Source: the human T2T-CHM13v2.0 reference genome, Homo sapiens
DNA: 64,000 nt
Assembly: GCF_009914755.1 (NCBI RefSeq)
Contig: NC_060925.1
Strand: one strand, 5' to 3'
Shown here: piece by piece, positions 54,102-64,000 of the stretch
Position numbering within the stretch: position 1 is the first letter of the stretch
Layout: the number at the start of each line of letters is the position of its first letter
Position numbers and translations under genes: made by a program
The notes under the pieces: model-generated
Told to the model about the DNA's origin: nothing
The model's database searches: none
Seen by the model: only the letters and a program-made list of their open reading frames with translations

Positions 54102-54181
54102 TGATTGGCCCTGCCTTGGCCTCCCACAGGCTGGGATTACAGGGGTGAACCACCACACCTGGCCTGCAAAATTTTTTTTTA

Positions 54182-54328
<147 letters not shown>

Positions 54329-54590
54329 TCAGAAAAGAACCCAACAAACTATTGATACACCTAACAATGTGTATGACTCTCAAAATAATGCTGAGTGAAA
54401 GAAGCCAAATAAAAAAAAGAGGCCGGGTGCAGCGGCTCATGCTTGTAATCCCAGCACTTTGGGAGGCCAAGGTGGGTGGATCATGAGGTCAGGAGTTCAA
54501 GATCAGCCTGGCCAAGATGGTGAAATCCCATCTCTATTAAAAATACAAAAATTAGCTGGGCGTGGTGGCTGGTGTCTGTAATCCCAGCTA

Positions 54591-54695
<105 letters not shown>

Positions 54696-54921
54696 TCACA
54701 CACACACACACACACATACACACACACAAAACACATGTCAAAGATTCTATTCATATAAAATTCTGGAAAATGGAAACTAACCTATAGTGGTAAGTAAGCA
54801 GATCAGTGGTTGCCTGTAGATTGGTAGAGGCAAAGGAGGGATGTATAGGTACAGGAGTCAAGGATTACTAAGGGACACAAGGAAACTTTTGGGGGTGGCA
54901 GCCATTTTATCTTGATTGTAA

Positions 54922-55684
54922 TGTGAAAGTTGTTAGAATTGAGATTTAACACTAGGAGTCACTAGTGTTTAAAAAAAAAAATAGAGCCAGGGAAGGCTTG
55001 TATGTCTCATAACAGAAGCTATCACAAAAGACCCTTGAAAAAACACAACCTTGCAAAAAAGCCATCACAAACTTACACAAAAAATTCATCTGCAAAGACA
55101 TCTACCAAGCAACTGCCTGTCCAACCTCAGCCAGGCAACACCCTTGTTAAGGATTTTTATAGCCAAGGATATCATTTCAAAACAATGATGTAATCCTCTT
55201 CATTTTTTCCTTTGAAAACCTTTCTCCTCTGTCTTTTTTCTTTTTCTTTTTTTTTTTTTTTTTTTTGAGACAGAGTCTTGCTCTGTCACCCAGGCTGGAG
55301 TGCAGTGGTGTGATCTCAGCTCACTGCAACCTCTGCCTCCTGGGTTTGATTCTCCCGCCTCAGTCTCCCCGGTAGCTGGGATTACAGACATGCACCACCA
55401 TCCCCGGCTAATTTTTGTATTTTTAGTAGAGACAGGTTTTCGCCATGTTGACCAGGCTCGTCTCGAACTCCTGGCCTCATGTAATCCACCCACTTCAGTC
55501 TCCCAAAGTGCTGGGATTGCAGGCATGAGCCACCGCATCCAGCCAAAACCTTTGTCTTTCTTTACCTATTCAATACATATACATAGTTTACTGTGGCACA
55601 CATATTCCCATTGCAATGCGTAACTCCTGAATAAATCTCTTTTTCTTTTAGAGAGCCTCTTTCTCTTTATTATTTAGATTGACA
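54922..55684 (+). mobile_element. MER4-group (MER65-like) solo LTR inside an L1M 3' end, with an Alu insertion
   Basis: TGTGAAAGTTGTTAGAAT...GGAGTCACTAGTG start, AATAAA, and TTTAGATTGACA end; L1 sequence continues on both sides. Confidence 0.6.
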
Positions 55685-55992
55685 GTGGTAATGATCTTAT
55701 TGGTGTATACATATGTCAAACTTTATCAAGTTTGTACTTCAAATATGTGCAGTTTATTGTATATCAATTACTTCATTTAAGCTGTTTTTTAAAATGTTCA
55801 TTACGTTTTCCTGTGTAAAATGGAAATTCGTGTGACTATTTATAACTTTTTCCAACTTGTTCTGTCTCTGTTAAAACAAATCTGTTGTATTCAGCTTCCA
55901 GCTCAGACAGAAAACTGGTACCAGATTTCCCTTAGTGCTGTAAACAACTAGAAAACTGCATGAAGTATACAAAACAACTGCTGTTCATACAT

Positions 55993-57017
<1,025 letters not shown>

Positions 57018-57069
57018 ACATTGCAAAATAGGCTATACAGGATTGTGATTCTTGAAAAAAGGGTAGTAA

Positions 57070-57516
<447 letters not shown>

Positions 57517-58032
57517 TGAGCCCAGCCAGAGATTGGAGTTTGATAAGGCTGAAGCAGCTGGAACTTGTGGAACAAAATACTAAAAAGAAGGGAGCTATAC
57601 AGAAAAAGAATCTGCATAAAATTTATTTGGAGTTATTGGCAGAATACTAAATTGTGCAAGTATAGAACAAGACTCCACAAGGTCAGAGAAAAAACAACTA
57701 TTGAAAAAGGAACAACAACTAGAGAGTTTTATGTTGGACAATTCCTAGAGCTTACAAGGGCTGGGGAGACATTCACATTCTGACTATTCTGAATAGAAGA
57801 ACCTTGTTATACACCTAAGGCATCCAGTGGAAATACTAGAATTAGGCCTAGAGAAAAAGTCACTCCAGACTTGCTCTATCAAATCTAATTGCCTGCCAAA
57901 ACAAAACTAATTACTCTTAAAAGTAAGACATTCGACAACATGATATTCACAATGTCCAGGATCTAGTGAAAAATTATTAGACATGTCAAGGAGCAGGAAA
58001 ATGTGAACCACAGCAGTAGAAAAAATCAGCTA

Positions 58033-58365
<333 letters not shown>

Positions 58366-58460
58366 CTAAGTCAAAAAAGAAAAAAGAATACAATATGTGT
58401 TTAGTTTTATAAACATCATATAGTAATATATATTAATATAACTATAATAAATGGATTTTA

Positions 58461-58889
<429 letters not shown>

Positions 58890-59074
58890 CTACTTGTACT
58901 TGGGAGGCTGAGGTGGGAGGACTGCTTAAGCCCAGGAGTTGGAATCTAGCCCCATCTCTTAAAATTTAAAAACGAATAATCATTTCTATTTGTGTGTATC
59001 TGTGTGTGTGTGTGTGTGTGTGTGCACCCCTTAAGCAGGTAAAAATTAGAAAGAACATCAAAAAAACAAAAAAC

Positions 59075-59637
<563 letters not shown>

Positions 59638-59655
59638 TTAAAAGTTGGTATTTGC

Positions 59656-62540
<2,885 letters not shown>

Positions 62541-62836
62541 AAAAGTTGGCATTTGCTATAACAAAAGTACCCTAGAAAATAATATATATATAAAAGTTGG
62601 CTTTTGCCAGTCTGACAAATGAAGGGTGAAGCTGCAGCAATATGTAGAGAGGCAAAGAGGAAGAAAACCCAAGATACACTCAGGGAAATAGAGAGTTTGG
62701 GCCGGGCGCGGTGGCTCACGCCTATAATCCCAGCACTTTGGGAGGCTGAGGTGGGCGGAACACCAGGTCAGGAGTTTGAAACCAGGCTGGCCAATATGGT
62801 GACACCCCGTTTTACTAAAAATACAAAAATTAGCTA

Positions 62837-63016
<180 letters not shown>

Positions 63017-63189
63017 TTAATGGCATAATGCAAGATGAACTAAAGAAAGAACCAGATTTGTGTGACCTGATAAGGAGTTTGAACTTTGTTGTACAAGAGA
63101 AAGTGATTCCAAGCTGAAGAGAAATGATCAGGTGAGTGTTTTAGGAAGGAAACTATGTCATGAGCAAAAGGTGCAGGAGTGAAGGCAGC

Positions 63190-63727
63190 TATGGAATCAA
63201 TCCAAGTGTCCATCGATGGATGAACAGATAAAGAAAATGTAAGATACATACACAGTGGAGTATTATTCAGCCTTTAAAAGAAGGAAATTCTGTCATCTTT
63301 GATAACATAGATGAACTTGGAGGACATTACCTGGGCGAAATAAGCTAGGCACAGAAATACAAATGTCTCATGATCTCATTCATATGTGGAATCTAAAAAA
63401 GTCAAACTCATAGAAGCAGAGAGTATAATGGTGGTTACCAGGGGATGGAGGGTGAGAAGGAAGATTGGGGAGACAACAAAATTTCAGTTAAGAGGAATAC
63501 ATTCAAGAGTTCTACTATTGTACACCATGGTGACTACAGTTGATAACAATGTATTGCATACTTGCAGATTGCTAAGAGGATGAATGTTAATTGTTCTCAT
63601 ACAAATAAATGATAAGTATGTGAGGTGATGCATATGCTAATTAGCTCAATTTGCCATTCCACAATGTATACATATTTCAAAACATCATGTTGTATGCTAT
63701 AAATATATATAATTTTTATTTGTCAAC
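63190..63727 (+). mobile_element. L1MA-type 3' end fragment
   Basis: ATGGAATCAATCCAAGTGTCCATCGATGGATGAA...AATTTTTATTTGTCAA. Confidence 0.8.
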
Positions 63728-64000
63728 AGAGAGAGAGAAAAGGCAGGAAGACTGGGATAAGGGATACTGGTAAAGTCCATTGGGGTTATATAAACTGAGA
63801 CACTGAATTCAAACTGTGCTGGCAGATACAAAAAATGCTGAAGTTAAAGACTTTTAAGAAATATAAAAGGAGGCCGCCTGCGGTGGCTCACACCTGTACT
63901 TCCAGCACTTTGGGAGGCCAAGGCAGGTGGATCACCTGAGGTCAGGAGTTTGAGACCAGCCTGACCAATATGGTGAAACCCTGTCTCTACTAAAATTACA

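Overview
Human (primate) genomic DNA, very Alu-rich. I recognise it as the 3' end of ZMYM1 (+ strand; 1p34.3 from memory) and the intergenic region beyond it. Three short ZMYM1 coding exons splice in frame to a 760-codon terminal exon that is a domesticated hAT transposase with its DDE residues apparently retained. Next is a 5'-complete EFCAB14 processed pseudogene that looks like a retrocopy of an alternative isoform ending in a MER6-derived terminal exon. From about 21.9 to 45.0 kb is a stack of four endogenous retroviruses, all on the - strand: a truncated MER4A1 provirus (Arg PBS) and a Harlequin/HERV-E mosaic provirus with LTR2 ends (Glu PBS), which hosts a nested LTR2B provirus (Glu PBS) and a nested HERV-H (His PBS). 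The most unusual structure is the HERV-H. It has lost its 3' LTR and is bounded by inverted copies of the LTR7 U3 end, both joined to TGTAAC, with roughly 1 kb of host env missing. The rest is Alus, L1 fragments (one with a 5' inversion and intact TSDs) and solo LTRs. I see no support for a wholly new protein-coding system. Repeat subfamily names come from remembered consensus sequences, not from a search.
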